A DNA stretch of 64,000 nt from the NCBI GenBank assembly GCA_963663845.2, contig OY760650.2:3149509-3213508 (forward strand). Direction: 5' to 3'. The notes beneath the pieces were generated by a model. That model worked only from the letters and a program-made list of their open reading frames with translations. It had not been told where the DNA came from and did not search any database. Position 1 is the stretch's first letter, and each line of letters begins with the position of its first letter. This DNA is from Terriglobia bacterium. GTDB taxonomy: Bacteria; Acidobacteriota; Terriglobia; Versatilivoradales; Versatilivoraceae. Both the position numbers and the translations under genes were made by a program. Of this stretch, positions 9,839 through 18,934 are shown piece after piece.

Positions 9839-11148
9839 ATTCTCGATCTTTCTTTTCCAATGACGGAAGCTCGTTCTCTACACCTACTTTTTTGATGCAA
9901 TGGAGCATCACGTCGTTCCTGCTTCTGCGGCTGTTTGAGCCGATTAGAATACCTAGGAGTATGTCGCACGCCGTGAACGTATCACGCATGTAGCCAATGG
10001 CGGGCTTGTCGTTCGGAGACCCTTTTTCTCGACTTCGTAGCATCTGCAACGCCAAATGAAAAATGCCTCTTTCAGCTATATTCTTGTCCCACACTTGGAC
10101 GAAGCTATTCAGCAAATCTTGCACGTTATCGGCGTGCCTGCCAGCACTAACGCCGTGCTCGTTTTCGGGACCGAACCGTGGAAGCCAAGAGAACTCGTCC
10201 CTTTGGATGGTCGCGTGTGGATACAGATCGTAGCCCCGGTACACTAGCCTACGTTTTTTGTAGGCTTTCACATGAAACACGGGGGAGACGCAGTGATTAA
10301 TCCATCCAAGGAAGTTGGACAGCAGAGTGGCTGCGTTGTTGAACTCGTCCCAAGTCATCGGCCTACCTTTCGACTTCCGGACACCTACGATGGAGTCGTG
10401 TTGTAGGGTGTGGCGGGCGACCAATTTCTTCCAGTACTTGGAAGTGCCGACGAAGATGATCTCCAAGTCTCTATAGTGAAGTCGGAGTGCATGTGCACTC
10501 CATCTGGTCTTTGTCAAGTGTTTTGGAAAGGTCTCCCTAAAGCTGAACGGGAATCCCGGACGAGCTACGCCGTTTGAACAATTGGCCCTTCCAAGCGGAC
10601 TACTAGACACGACACCGAAGACTACGGAATCTATGTCAGCCACAGGGGAGCCAGCGTTCGTTGGACGTAGTACGATTTTTCCTTGTTCTAGGTCGAACAT
10701 ACGCATTCTCTTGATTTCGCCGGTGTTCAGTTGCCCTCCACCGCCTATGGTTCGCCCAGTCAGCGTAATGCCGTTGTCGAGAACCAACTTTTCCAAGGTC
10801 TGGCCCATGCCAATTAAATTTTGTCCGCAAATTTCAATGATAACGGGTTGTTGCGGGGACGGTTTTAGCTCGTACTTTGCATTCACGATGACCGGCCACT
10901 CGAATTCATTGGAAACTGGCTTTCCGGAGGCATCCTTGACCCAGTGTAGCTTTCCGGTCGTTCTAAATACCTTATGCATTGTGCCAATTGCTTTTTCGTT
11001 TGTTTCCATTCATATGATTGAACACAACGATGTCCACATCTGCGTAGTCGATCCAAAAAATCGCTTTGGTTGACTCCACGTGCTGGTTGAAATCGTGGGG
11101 CGGGGGAACGTGAGTAGAGCCGCGAATGCGGCGACAACAATCAACAAT

Positions 11149-11361
11149 TCATTCACTCCGCTCTGTTCTGACCTTTGCGCGCCCGCCCTTGCCTGACCGC
11201 CTGGCCGGCGCGACCTTGGCCGCTTCGGAGTGATGTTCGGTGGGTTCGGCCAGGGTGGCGGAGGCGGCAGGCGTCTTCTTTCCTTCCTTGGCGATCGCCG
11301 CGAATTCCTGCGACAAGTTCTTGAGCTTGTCGAGCTGGCTCTTGGTGAGTTTGCCGGCCAT
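11149..11361 (-). CDS. hypothetical small basic protein downstream of the RiPP genes
   Basis: 70 aa from ATG 11361 ('MAGKLTKSQLDKLKNLSQEFAAIAKEGKK...'). Same strand, 80 nt after the DUF2063 gene. No strong ribosome-binding site and no motif. Confidence 0.3.
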   Translation of the reverse strand: MAGKLTKSQLDKLKNLSQEFAAIAKEGKKTPAASATLAEPTEHHSEAAKVAPARRSGKGGRAKVRTERSE

Positions 11362-11441
11362 GGTGTGAACGGGTGGGATCGCGGTTTCCCCATCGGCCTC
11401 CACCCGGGATCGGACCACCCCGCCATCCCGGATCGAGGGGG

Positions 11442-12281
11442 TTATTGCGGGTCTTCCAGCTCAACCGCCTGAAACAGGCCTTCGGTCACCCAGCCGCGGA
11501 ACCAGGAGAAGAGCTGCACCTCTCCAACCGGCTGGCGCCCGCCTCTCAAGACGCCGCTCAATGCCTCTCCGAGCGGCACGCCATCGACCAGGGCATGGAG
11601 CAGCCGAAAAGCGGGACGGGACAGGTCCAGCCAGCGGAGCGCGTATTGGCGCCGGTAGACGACCGCCCAGTGATTCTTGCGCCGGGTGGCGGGCCCTGGC
11701 TTGCCCTGGCGCACCGCCTCCAGGTAGGCCCCCACCGGGTAGCGAAGCGCCTGCACCGAAAGGGCGGCGACGGGTTTGAGACGGGCTGTCTCCCAGCTTT
11801 CGGGGGGCACGGCGGCAATGGCCTCGGGGGTGAGCGCCGGCGATTCCTCGGCGTCGAACAGCCGGCTCATCAGCAGCTCGAAGCGAGCCAGCTCGTAGAG
11901 GAAGTCCTGCCGCGCCATGCCCGGGCTGCTCCGAATGTATTCCGGGAGGCGATCTCCCAGGCGGTTCAAGGTATGGCTTCGGGAGGGATGGCGGTCGAGA
12001 TAGCCCGTGGCCAGGTCGGAGAAGCGCTTCCGGCCCAGAAAATGCAGCAACCCGGGGAAATCGGCCTCCAGGGCTTCCTGCAAGCGGGCCAGGTACATGC
12101 CGCGGTAGATGCCGATGCGTTCGAAGGAGTCGAGCGTGCGGGATGGCCGTATCAGGCGTGGAAACCGGCTCGGCGGCACCAGCTTCCGGGCCTCGGAGGA
12201 AGCCACCGCCTGGCGGTCGGAGCCGGGATGCAGGATGACCGCCTGCATCCATTTCTGGGTGTTGCCCAGATCAGGTGCCAT
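11442..12281 (-). CDS. bufC: DUF2063-family partner protein of the MNIO enzyme (BufC-like)
   Basis: 279 aa. Start overlaps the upstream DUF692 stop by 11 nt. Position and size fit the DUF2063 partner that accompanies DUF692 enzymes. Family assigned from context and general sequence character, not from a search. Confidence 0.6.
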   Translation of the reverse strand: MAPDLGNTQKWMQAVILHPGSDRQAVASSEARKLVPPSRFPRLIRPSRTLDSFERIGIYRGMYLARLQEALEADFPGLLHFLGRKRFSDLATGYLDRHPSRSHTLNRLGDRLPEYIRSSPGMARQDFLYELARFELLMSRLFDAEESPALTPEAIAAVPPESWETARLKPVAALSVQALRYPVGAYLEAVRQGKPGPATRRKNHWAVVYRRQYALRWLDLSRPAFRLLHALVDGVPLGEALSGVLRGGRQPVGEVQLFSWFRGWVTEGLFQAVELEDPQ

Positions 12282-13131
12282 AGGCTCTCTGGTGGTCCGG
12301 CTCGGGAAGGCCGCGGTGCCGGCGGGCCTTCAGGGCTTCGGCGTGAACCACCTCGAAGCCGGGAATGTTCTCGTCCCACTCCAGCAGGGTGGCCACGCCG
12401 CCGGTCCTTTGGCAGGAACGTCGATAGAGGGACCAGACTTCGTCGATGACGTGATCGCTGTGGGTGTCCAGAATGTGGGTTCCCTTGTGGGTGTGTCCGG
12501 CCAGGTGGTATTGAACGACGCGGTCGGCCGGGACCCGGTCGATGAAAGCTTCCGGGTCCAGGCCGTGGTTGAAGCAACTGACGTAGACGTTGTTCACGTC
12601 CAGAAGAATCCCGCAGTCGGCCTCCTGGGCCAGGGTGGAAAGAAAGTCCACTTCGTTCCAGGTGGAGGTCCCGAACTCCAGGTAGGTGGAGGGGTTCTCC
12701 AGGACCAGGGGGCGCTCCAGGATCTCGGAAACGGCCCTCACCCGCTCGATGGTGTAGCGCAGGGATTCGTCGGTGTAGGGCATCGGCAGCAGGTCATGGA
12801 CGTTGATGCCGCTCACGCCGGTCCAGCAGAGGTGGTCCGAGACCCAGTGGGCGCGGGTGCGGTCGGCCAGGGCCTTCAGTTTCTTCAGATAGTCCAGGTT
12901 CAAGGGGTCGGTGCTTCCCACCGACATGGAAACGCCGTGGAGCACGACCGGATAGCGTTCCGCCACCTGGTCGAGCACGTAGAGCGGGCGGCCCCCCGTA
13001 TCCATGTAGTTTTCCGACAGGATCTCGAACCAGTCGATGGGGGGTTGGTTGGCCAGAATGTAGCTGTAATGGACGGTACGCAGACCGATCCCGAACCCCA
13101 GGTCGGGCAAATTCCACCGGTTCCTGCCCAT
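12271..13131 (-). CDS. bufB: DUF692 / UPF0276 multinuclear non-heme iron oxidase (MNIO, BufB-like)
   Basis: 286 aa. 'LGFGIGLRTVHY...IDWFEILSENYM...', 'VVLHGVSMSVGS', 'WVSDHLCW', 'LENPSTY', 'GILLDVNNVYVS', 'QYHLAGH', 'LLEWD' are typical of DUF692 TIM-barrel proteins. GGGAGG ribosome-binding site. Confidence 0.8.
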   Translation of the reverse strand: MGRNRWNLPDLGFGIGLRTVHYSYILANQPPIDWFEILSENYMDTGGRPLYVLDQVAERYPVVLHGVSMSVGSTDPLNLDYLKKLKALADRTRAHWVSDHLCWTGVSGINVHDLLPMPYTDESLRYTIERVRAVSEILERPLVLENPSTYLEFGTSTWNEVDFLSTLAQEADCGILLDVNNVYVSCFNHGLDPEAFIDRVPADRVVQYHLAGHTHKGTHILDTHSDHVIDEVWSLYRRSCQRTGGVATLLEWDENIPGFEVVHAEALKARRHRGLPEPDHQRAYGT

Positions 13132-13250
13132 CAGGGACCTCCCGGTTCAATAGGACGGACGGGACCGGTCCCGCTTCCCGGCCGGAGAGTAGCGGGATGC
13201 ACGAAGCGGTCGGAAAAGCCGGGGACCGGTCAGTCCTGGAGAGATTCGGG

Positions 13251-13625
13251 CTACTTCTTCTTTTCGACTCCGTGGAGGGGAACGGCGCAGCCGCCCTTGC
13301 CCTTGCAGGAGTTCTTGCCGGCGCAGCCGTTGTCGCCGCTGCCGCAGCCGCCCTGGCCCTTGCACTCGTTCTGGCCCTTGCAGGAGTGCCTGGCCGCGGT
13401 GGCGCAGCCACCCTTGCCCTTGCAGGAATTCTTGCCGGCGCAGCCGTTGTCGCCGCTGGCGCAGCCGCCTTGACCCTTGCACGCGTTGCGGCCCTTGCAG
13501 ACGTGCTTGGACTTCTTGTCGTCATCGGCCAGCAACAGGGAATCCGTTTGGCCGACCGCCTTGGAACCGGCCACCATGCCGGCCACGGCGGCTCCCATGA
13601 CCTGAGTGAATTTCCTTCGATCCAT
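13251..13625 (-). CDS. bufA: 12-cysteine bufferin-type RiPP precursor with an N-terminal signal peptide
   Basis: 124 aa. 'MDRRKFTQVMGAAVAGMVAGSKAVG' is followed by two 39-aa modules, each with 6 Cys (CKG..C.G.GGC..GDNGCAGKNSCKGKGGCA). Strong AAGGAGG ribosome-binding site. Lies immediately upstream of the DUF692 and DUF2063 genes. Confidence 0.8.
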   Translation of the reverse strand: MDRRKFTQVMGAAVAGMVAGSKAVGQTDSLLLADDDKKSKHVCKGRNACKGQGGCASGDNGCAGKNSCKGKGGCATAARHSCKGQNECKGQGGCGSGDNGCAGKNSCKGKGGCAVPLHGVEKKK

Positions 13626-13720
13626 AGAAGAATCCTCCTTGAGGATGGGTGCGAACCTAGCCTTCCGAGGGTATCGGTGAGCAATGCCGACCGGTTACCC
13701 GATGCTCTTGAGAGAGCCAG

Positions 13721-13749
13721 AATATAGCCCAACCCCCCGCAAAAATCAA
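13721..13749 (-). promoter_or_regulatory. candidate sigma70-type promoter of the bufABC operon
   Basis: Minus strand reads TTGATT-17 nt-TATATT, about 95 nt upstream of the bufA ATG. Confidence 0.35.
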
Positions 13750-13927
13750 AACTCGCTCTGTGCCGCCCGAGCGGGGATGGCCGTGTCGCGTGTTGGTCTC
13801 CACCACCGGCGAGGCGGACCCATGCGAGGCAGGGCCTTCGGTCCGCCGGGGCGCTGGGTCTATGGTATAGTCGGTGGCGGTTAACGGGCTTTTCTGAGAC
13901 CAGACCCCGATTGGGAGGCTGAAGATC

Positions 13928-14977
13928 GTGTTCGAGACCATTGCATGGAGCGACGAAGGCGTGGTCATGATCGACCAGCGGAAGCTGCCGGCCGTCGAAG
14001 AGTACCCGGTGTTCAAGACCCACGAGGAAGTGGCGCAGGCGATCAAGGACATGGTCATTCGAGGGGCGCCGGCCATTGGAGTCGCCGCCGCCATGGGGGT
14101 GGCGCTGGGCGCCGAGTCGATCAAGTCCCATGACCCGGAGCGGTTCGAGCAGGCGTTTCAGTCCATTTGCGGGACCCTGGCGGAAACCCGGCCCACCGCC
14201 GTCAATCTGTTCTGGGCCATCGAACGGATGAAGGGGGTCTACCGGCGACACAAGTCCCAGGGGGCCGAGGCCGTAGCCGCCGCCCTCAAGGCCGAGGCCC
14301 TGCGCATCCACGACGAGGATATTCGTCTCAACCGCCGCATGGGGAGCCACGGGGCGGCCCTCATCCAGGACGGTTCCCGGGTTCTGACCCATTGCAATGC
14401 CGGCGCCCTGGCGACCGCCGGCTACGGCACGGCGCTGGGAGTCGTTCGGGCCGCGGTGGAGCAGGGCAAGAGAGTGGAGGTGCTGGCGGATGAAACGCGG
14501 CCTTTCCTGCAGGGAGCCCGCCTGACCGTTTGGGAGCTGCAAAAGGACGACATACCGGTCACCCTGATCACCGACAACATGGCGGGGTACTACATGAAGC
14601 AGGGCCAGGTGGACTGCGTCGTCGTGGGCGCGGATCGGATCGCCGCCAACGGGGACGTCGCCAACAAGATCGGCACCTATTCGGTTGCCGTGCTGGCCAG
14701 GGAGCACCAGATCCCCTTCTACGTGGCGGCGCCCCTCTCGACGGTGGACCTGGACGTTCCCACCGGTGACGAGATCCCCATTGAACAGCGCTCCCCGCGT
14801 GAAGTGACCCACCTGGGCGAGAAGGCCATCGCTCCCCAGGGGGCCCCCGCCGGAAACCCCGCCTTCGACGTGACGCCACACCGCTACCTGGCGGCCATCA
14901 TCACCGACGCCGGCGTCGCCCGGCCTCCCTTCCTGGAGAATCTGAGAGCTCTGAAGGCCCAGGCAGGGCTTACCTGA
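13928..14977 (+). CDS. mtnA: S-methyl-5-thioribose-1-phosphate isomerase
   Basis: 349 aa. 'IDQRKLP', '[16 protein letters not shown]', '[10 protein letters not shown]', '[11 protein letters not shown]', '[14 protein letters not shown]', '[19 protein letters not shown]' are typical of the MtnA/eIF-2B family. Confidence 0.9.
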   Translation: MFETIAWSDEGVVMIDQRKLPAVEEYPVFKTHEEVAQAIKDMVIRGAPAIGVAAAMGVALGAESIKSHDPERFEQAFQSICGTLAETRPTAVNLFWAIERMKGVYRRHKSQGAEAVAAALKAEALRIHDEDIRLNRRMGSHGAALIQDGSRVLTHCNAGALATAGYGTALGVVRAAVEQGKRVEVLADETRPFLQGARLTVWELQKDDIPVTLITDNMAGYYMKQGQVDCVVVGADRIAANGDVANKIGTYSVAVLAREHQIPFYVAAPLSTVDLDVPTGDEIPIEQRSPREVTHLGEKAIAPQGAPAGNPAFDVTPHRYLAAIITDAGVARPPFLENLRALKAQAGLT

Positions 14978-15120
14978 AACAAACGAAAAAAAAGAGTGAT
15001 ACACGAAGAACGGCGAAGGGCCACCAAGCGGGACGGCTCTGCCGTATCGGCACGGGCTGCGGCCCGGCAAGCCGGCGCGTGCCCCCTGGAGGAGCAAGAG
15101 TGATGGGAGGAGGCGCCCCT

Positions 15121-15323
15121 CCGGGAGCGCGGGCGTCTCGCCCGCATCCTCAGCGTTGGGTGGCCGCTCAGTTTTCCCGCGATGCGGCGCCCGGCCACCC
15201 TGCCGGCGGGAACCCCATGGGCTCGGCTGAAGCGGAATCGTGGCGCCATTGCCGGTCGAGCCGAGTGGAAGCGATGGGTGAGGCTGTGCCAGTGTTGTGC
15301 GGGCGGGACGCCCGCGCTCCCGG
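15121..15323. repeat. palindromic REP/MITE-like core element, copy a
   Basis: Inverted arms CCGGGAGCGCGGGCGTCTCGCCCGCA and TGCGGGCGGGACGCCCGCGCTCCCGG separated by about 150 bp. Confidence 0.8.
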
Positions 15324-15527
15324 GTGGCCTGCATCCCGTGACGTCGTCGCAGCCAAGCAGGTCCATCGGTCTTCGTGTCTATTCGTGTTCATTCGTGGTT
15401 CGTCGTTATTGACGATCGGGTGTTTCTCCCTCGCATGATCCGCACCGTCGTGAGGGGCGGGGGCGCTGTTTACCTGAAACAAGAGAAAAAGGAGGGGGCC
15501 ACGAGGAGCCACGGGAGAGGCACCCAC

Positions 15528-15730
15528 CCGGGAGCGCGGGCGTCTCGCCCGCATACTCTGCGTTGGGTGGCCGCTCAGTTTCCCTGCGATGGGGCAGCCG
15601 GCCACCCTGCCGGCGGGAACCGCACGGGCCCGGCTGAAGCAGAGTCCTGGCGCCATTGCCGGTCGAGCCGGGTGGAAGAGATGGGTGAAGCTGTGCCAGT
15701 GTTGTGCGGGCGGGACGCCCGCGCTCCCGG
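15528..15730. repeat. palindromic REP/MITE-like core element, copy b
   Basis: Same inverted arms as copy a, with about 90% identity across the core by eye. Confidence 0.8.
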
Positions 15731-15891
15731 GTGGGCTTCCTCCCGTGACATCGCCGCAGCAAAGGGGGTCCATCGGTATTCGTGTCTATTCGTGTCCATT
15801 CGTGGTTCGTCTTTATTGACGATCGGGTGTTTCACCCTCGCATGATCCGCACCGTCGTGAGGGGCGGGGGCGCTGTTTACCTGGAGAATCC

Positions 15892-16305
15892 TCAGTCCAG
15901 GCCCTCGTAGTCCTTGATTCGCTGCCGCATCGTCTGGGGAATGGGGGTCGTCCGGCCCTGGGTGCGGTCGTAGCAGACCTGCACCGAGAGGCCGTCTGCA
16001 ATCAGGCGCCCGCTCCGGCTTTCGGTCAGTCGGTATTCGAAGGTGAAGCTGGAGTTCTTGAGAGCGGAGATGCGGGCGGCGATGGCGATGGTTTCGCCCA
16101 GGAGGGCGGGGGAGCGGTAGTTGCACTCGGTCCGCACCATCACGAATCCCCAGTCATCGGGGGGAGGGAGCCCGAACAGGTGGTCCCAGTATCGGGTGCG
16201 AACGATCTCGAAATAGGTGAGGTAGACGGCGTTGTTGACGTGGCCCAGGGCGTCCAGGTCTCGAAAGCGGATCTCCAGGTCGGTGGTGAAGCGAAAGGCT
16301 GGCAT
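15892..16305 (-). CDS. acyl-CoA thioesterase, 4HBT/YbgC family
   Basis: 137 aa. 'IRFRDLDALGHVNNAVYLTYFE' hot-dog thioesterase signature. Confidence 0.8.
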   Translation of the reverse strand: MPAFRFTTDLEIRFRDLDALGHVNNAVYLTYFEIVRTRYWDHLFGLPPPDDWGFVMVRTECNYRSPALLGETIAIAARISALKNSSFTFEYRLTESRSGRLIADGLSVQVCYDRTQGRTTPIPQTMRQRIKDYEGLD

Positions 16306-16388
16306 TGGCTGGTAGCTGTCGGGCCGTTTGAGAGACGGTGAACGCCCGGAAAGAGGACGGTCCCGTTTCTGAGACAGGTCGCCGGCCC

Positions 16389-17492
16389 TCAGTCGAAAGG
16401 GTACTGCGTCACCTCGGCATCGGTCCGGCCTCCGGCGCCATCCACTGCGACCCTGGTGCCGGGGTCCCAGGCCTCCTTGCGAACGTAAGCCAGGGCGATC
16501 GCCCGCCGCAGCCCGGGTGAGTAGGCGCTGTCGGTAACCCAGCCCACCTCCCGCCCGTTGTGGAATATCTTGTCTCCCCCTTGGGCGGGGTCCCCGGATG
16601 CCAGCAGGAGACCCATGAGCTTGCGATTGACCTGCCCGCGGAAGGTGGCCCGGGCCACCACTTCCTGGCCGATGTAGCAGCCCTTGTCATAGCTGATGGC
16701 CTCTTCCAGGCCGGTTTCCGGGGGTATGCGGGCTTCGTCCATATCGACGCCATACCAGGCGATTCCCGCCTCGAGCCGGCGGACGTTCCAGGCCTCCAGG
16801 CCTGCCGGGCGAAGGCCGGCCGGCTCTCCCGCCTGCAGGAGAAGGTTCCAGAGGTCGACTGATTGGGGTTCGGGCACGATCAGGTCGTAGCCGCCCGAGG
16901 CGGTTCGCCGCACGCGCCCGCAGCGCGCCTGCAGGTTCCCGACCTGAATGAGGCGGTGTTCGAAAGGAGCCTCCGGCGGGGAGGCTCCTCCACACAGCCC
17001 TGCGACGACCTCGGCCGCCTTGGGTCCTTGCAGCGAGAGAAGGGCCAGGTCGGCCGACCGGTCGACGACCTCGACCTGATCCGCAATGATGTACCTCCTC
17101 AAGAGGGCCAGGTCCTTCTCCACCAGGTCGGCATCGACCACCAGCATCAGGGCCTCCTCCAGGCAGAAGACCCTCATGTCGGTGAGGATCCGTCCCTGGG
17201 GAGTCAGCATGAGCGCGTAGCAGCCCTGACCCGCTGAGAGACTGCGGATGTCATTGGTGACCATTCCGTGGAGAAACCGCGCTCGATCCCGGCCCCGCAA
17301 TTCGACCACGCTCTGAACCGAGAGGTCGAGAAGACCGGCCCCACGTCCCAGGACGGAGTACTCCTCGTCCAGAGAGGTGAAGCGGTTGGGGACCTCCCGG
17401 CCCCGAAATTCCACGAAGTCCGCTCCCGAGTCCCGCTGGGTTTCAAACAGGGAAGATCGCTTCGGCATGAGCCTGGTCTCCTGCGGCGTCAA
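16389..17492 (-). CDS. aminomethyltransferase-family folate-binding protein (GcvT/YgfZ-like)
   Basis: 367 aa. '[30 protein letters not shown]', '[12 protein letters not shown]' and C-terminal '[12 protein letters not shown]' motifs. Confidence 0.75.
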   Translation of the reverse strand: MTPQETRLMPKRSSLFETQRDSGADFVEFRGREVPNRFTSLDEEYSVLGRGAGLLDLSVQSVVELRGRDRARFLHGMVTNDIRSLSAGQGCYALMLTPQGRILTDMRVFCLEEALMLVVDADLVEKDLALLRRYIIADQVEVVDRSADLALLSLQGPKAAEVVAGLCGGASPPEAPFEHRLIQVGNLQARCGRVRRTASGGYDLIVPEPQSVDLWNLLLQAGEPAGLRPAGLEAWNVRRLEAGIAWYGVDMDEARIPPETGLEEAISYDKGCYIGQEVVARATFRGQVNRKLMGLLLASGDPAQGGDKIFHNGREVGWVTDSAYSPGLRRAIALAYVRKEAWDPGTRVAVDGAGGRTDAEVTQYPFD

Positions 17493-18928
17493 CCGTCCAG
17501 CCTCTTTCTCAACAACTCGTTCACCAGGCGGGGATTGGCCTGCCCCTGGGTCGCCTTCATGACTTGACCCACGAAGAAGCCGAAGGTGGCCTTCTTGCCA
17601 CCCAGGTACTGGGCCAGGATTGCGGGATTGGCGGCCAGGACTTCTTCAATCACGGTGGTGACGGCATCGGGATCGGTGATCTGCTTCAGACCCTTTTCCC
17701 GGATCACCTGCCTGGCCGGCTTCTTCTCCCGAAACATGGCCTCGAAGATCTCCTTGGCCATCTTGCCCGAAACCTCTTTGCTGTCGATGCATCCGATCAA
17801 TTCGGCCAAGCGGCTCGGGCCGATGGGAGAAGACTCGATGTCGAGATTGAATTCCTTGAGGTCGCGCAACAGGTCTCCCATGATCCAGTTGGAAGCGGCC
17901 TTGGGATTGCGGGAGCGGGCCGCGGTTTCCTCGAAGAAATCGGCCAGGGCCCGGGTGGTGGTCAATACACCGGCGTCGTATGCGGGAATGGCGTACTCGG
18001 CCACGAACCGCTGCTTTTTTTCTTCGGGCAGCTCCGGCATGTCTGCCCGTATATCCCGCTGCCAATCGGCGTCCACCGCCAGAGGCGGCAAGTCGGGCTC
18101 GGGGAAATAGCGGTAGTCGTGAGCCTCTTCCTTGCTGCGCATGGGGAAGGTGCGCTGCTCGGTGGTGCTCCACAGGCGGGTTTCCTGGGTGACGGCGCCT
18201 CCCTGCTGCAAGAGGCGGGTCTGGCGGGCGATCTCATAGTCGAGCGCCTTCTGCAGGAAGCGGAAGCTGTTCAGGTTCTTCAGCTCGGTCTTGGTTCCCA
18301 GAGTGGGTGAGCCGACCGGGCGAATCGACACGTTGGCGTCGCAGCGGAGACTGCCTTCCTCCATGTTGCCGTCGCAGACTTGCAGGTATTCGAGAATGAC
18401 CTTCAGGCGGGTCAGGTAGTCGTGGGCCTGGGCCGGAGAGAAGATCTCGGGTTCGCTGACGATTTCGATCAGCGGGGTGCCGCTGCGGTTCAAGTCGATA
18501 TAGCTGAAGCGATCGGAGTCGGCGAAGCCGTCATGAATGGATTTGCCGGCATCCTCCTCCAGGTGGACCCGCTTGATCCCCACTCTCTGGGAATGGCCGT
18601 TCTCTTCGAGGTCGAGGTGTCCGTATTCCGCCAGGGGCTTGTCGAATTGGGAAATCTGGTAGCCCTTGGGGAGATCGGGATAGAAGTAATTCTTGCGCGC
18701 AAAAATCGAAAGGGAATTGATGCGGCAGTGGAACGCCAGGGCTGCCTTGACGGCCATGACCACGGCCCGGCGATTCAGCACCGGCAGGGCTCCGGGAAGA
18801 CCCAGGCAGACCGGACAGGTGTTGGTATTGGGGGGGGCTCCGAACCGGGTCGGGCAGGAGCAGAAGATCTTGGTTCGGGTCAGAAGCTGGGCGTGAACCT
18901 CGAGGCCAATGACGGCTTCATAGGTCAT
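17489..18928 (-). CDS. gatB: Asp-tRNA(Asn)/Glu-tRNA(Gln) amidotransferase subunit B
   Basis: 479 aa. '[21 protein letters not shown]', '[14 protein letters not shown]', '[10 protein letters not shown]'. Stop overlaps the next gene's start (ATGA). Confidence 0.95.
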   Translation of the reverse strand: MTYEAVIGLEVHAQLLTRTKIFCSCPTRFGAPPNTNTCPVCLGLPGALPVLNRRAVVMAVKAALAFHCRINSLSIFARKNYFYPDLPKGYQISQFDKPLAEYGHLDLEENGHSQRVGIKRVHLEEDAGKSIHDGFADSDRFSYIDLNRSGTPLIEIVSEPEIFSPAQAHDYLTRLKVILEYLQVCDGNMEEGSLRCDANVSIRPVGSPTLGTKTELKNLNSFRFLQKALDYEIARQTRLLQQGGAVTQETRLWSTTEQRTFPMRSKEEAHDYRYFPEPDLPPLAVDADWQRDIRADMPELPEEKKQRFVAEYAIPAYDAGVLTTTRALADFFEETAARSRNPKAASNWIMGDLLRDLKEFNLDIESSPIGPSRLAELIGCIDSKEVSGKMAKEIFEAMFREKKPARQVIREKGLKQITDPDAVTTVIEEVLAANPAILAQYLGGKKATFGFFVGQVMKATQGQANPRLVNELLRKRLDG

Positions 18929-18934
18929 GGGGCC

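Larger units (their letters stand above)
8188..11009 (-). pseudogene. unknown ~490-aa protein gene split by IS-B copy 2
   Basis: ORF 9822..11009 reads into the IS and ORF 8188..8463 lies on the other side. Deleting 8496-9838 plus one copy of the 9-bp duplication joins '...LPSLEKKDRE' to 'YVIQTYPELWWAEKQRR...' in frame. Low GC. No motif recognised. Confidence 0.7.
14971..15877 (+). repeat. tandem direct repeat, two units (500 bp and 407 bp), each bounded by TTACCTG(A/G)
   Basis: Landmarks recur at a 407-bp offset (for example CCGGGAGCGCGGGCGTCTCGCCCGCA at 15121 and 15528, TACCTG at 15471 and 15878). The first junction overlaps the mtnA stop codon. Confidence 0.85.

Noticed and set aside
13750-13927. 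Possible riboswitch or leader upstream of mtnA (GGGTCT...AGACCC pairing).
   Set aside because: I could not recognise any SAM or other riboswitch consensus. A single short helix is insufficient.
12794-15334. Very long ORFs such as 12794..15334(-), 18380..20563(+), 20786..22690(-), 28250..30772(+), 48355..50652(+), 50953..52848(+) and 57343..59670(+).
   Set aside because: They run antisense to, or out of frame with, genes that have clear motifs (mtnA, gatB/S41 protease, tatC/HK, smc, the ISAs1 transposases, the HAMP kinase). Their translations are Arg/Gly/Pro/Ala-rich and low in complexity, as expected for stop-poor shadow frames in GC-rich DNA.
15079-15845. ORFs inside the tandem repeat (for example 15079..15438, 15168..15773, 15375..15845) and the similar 54330..54775 set.
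   Set aside because: They overlap each other on both strands and are built from palindromic repeat arms, so each arm is read in both directions. They have no start context, and the repeat structure explains the sequence.
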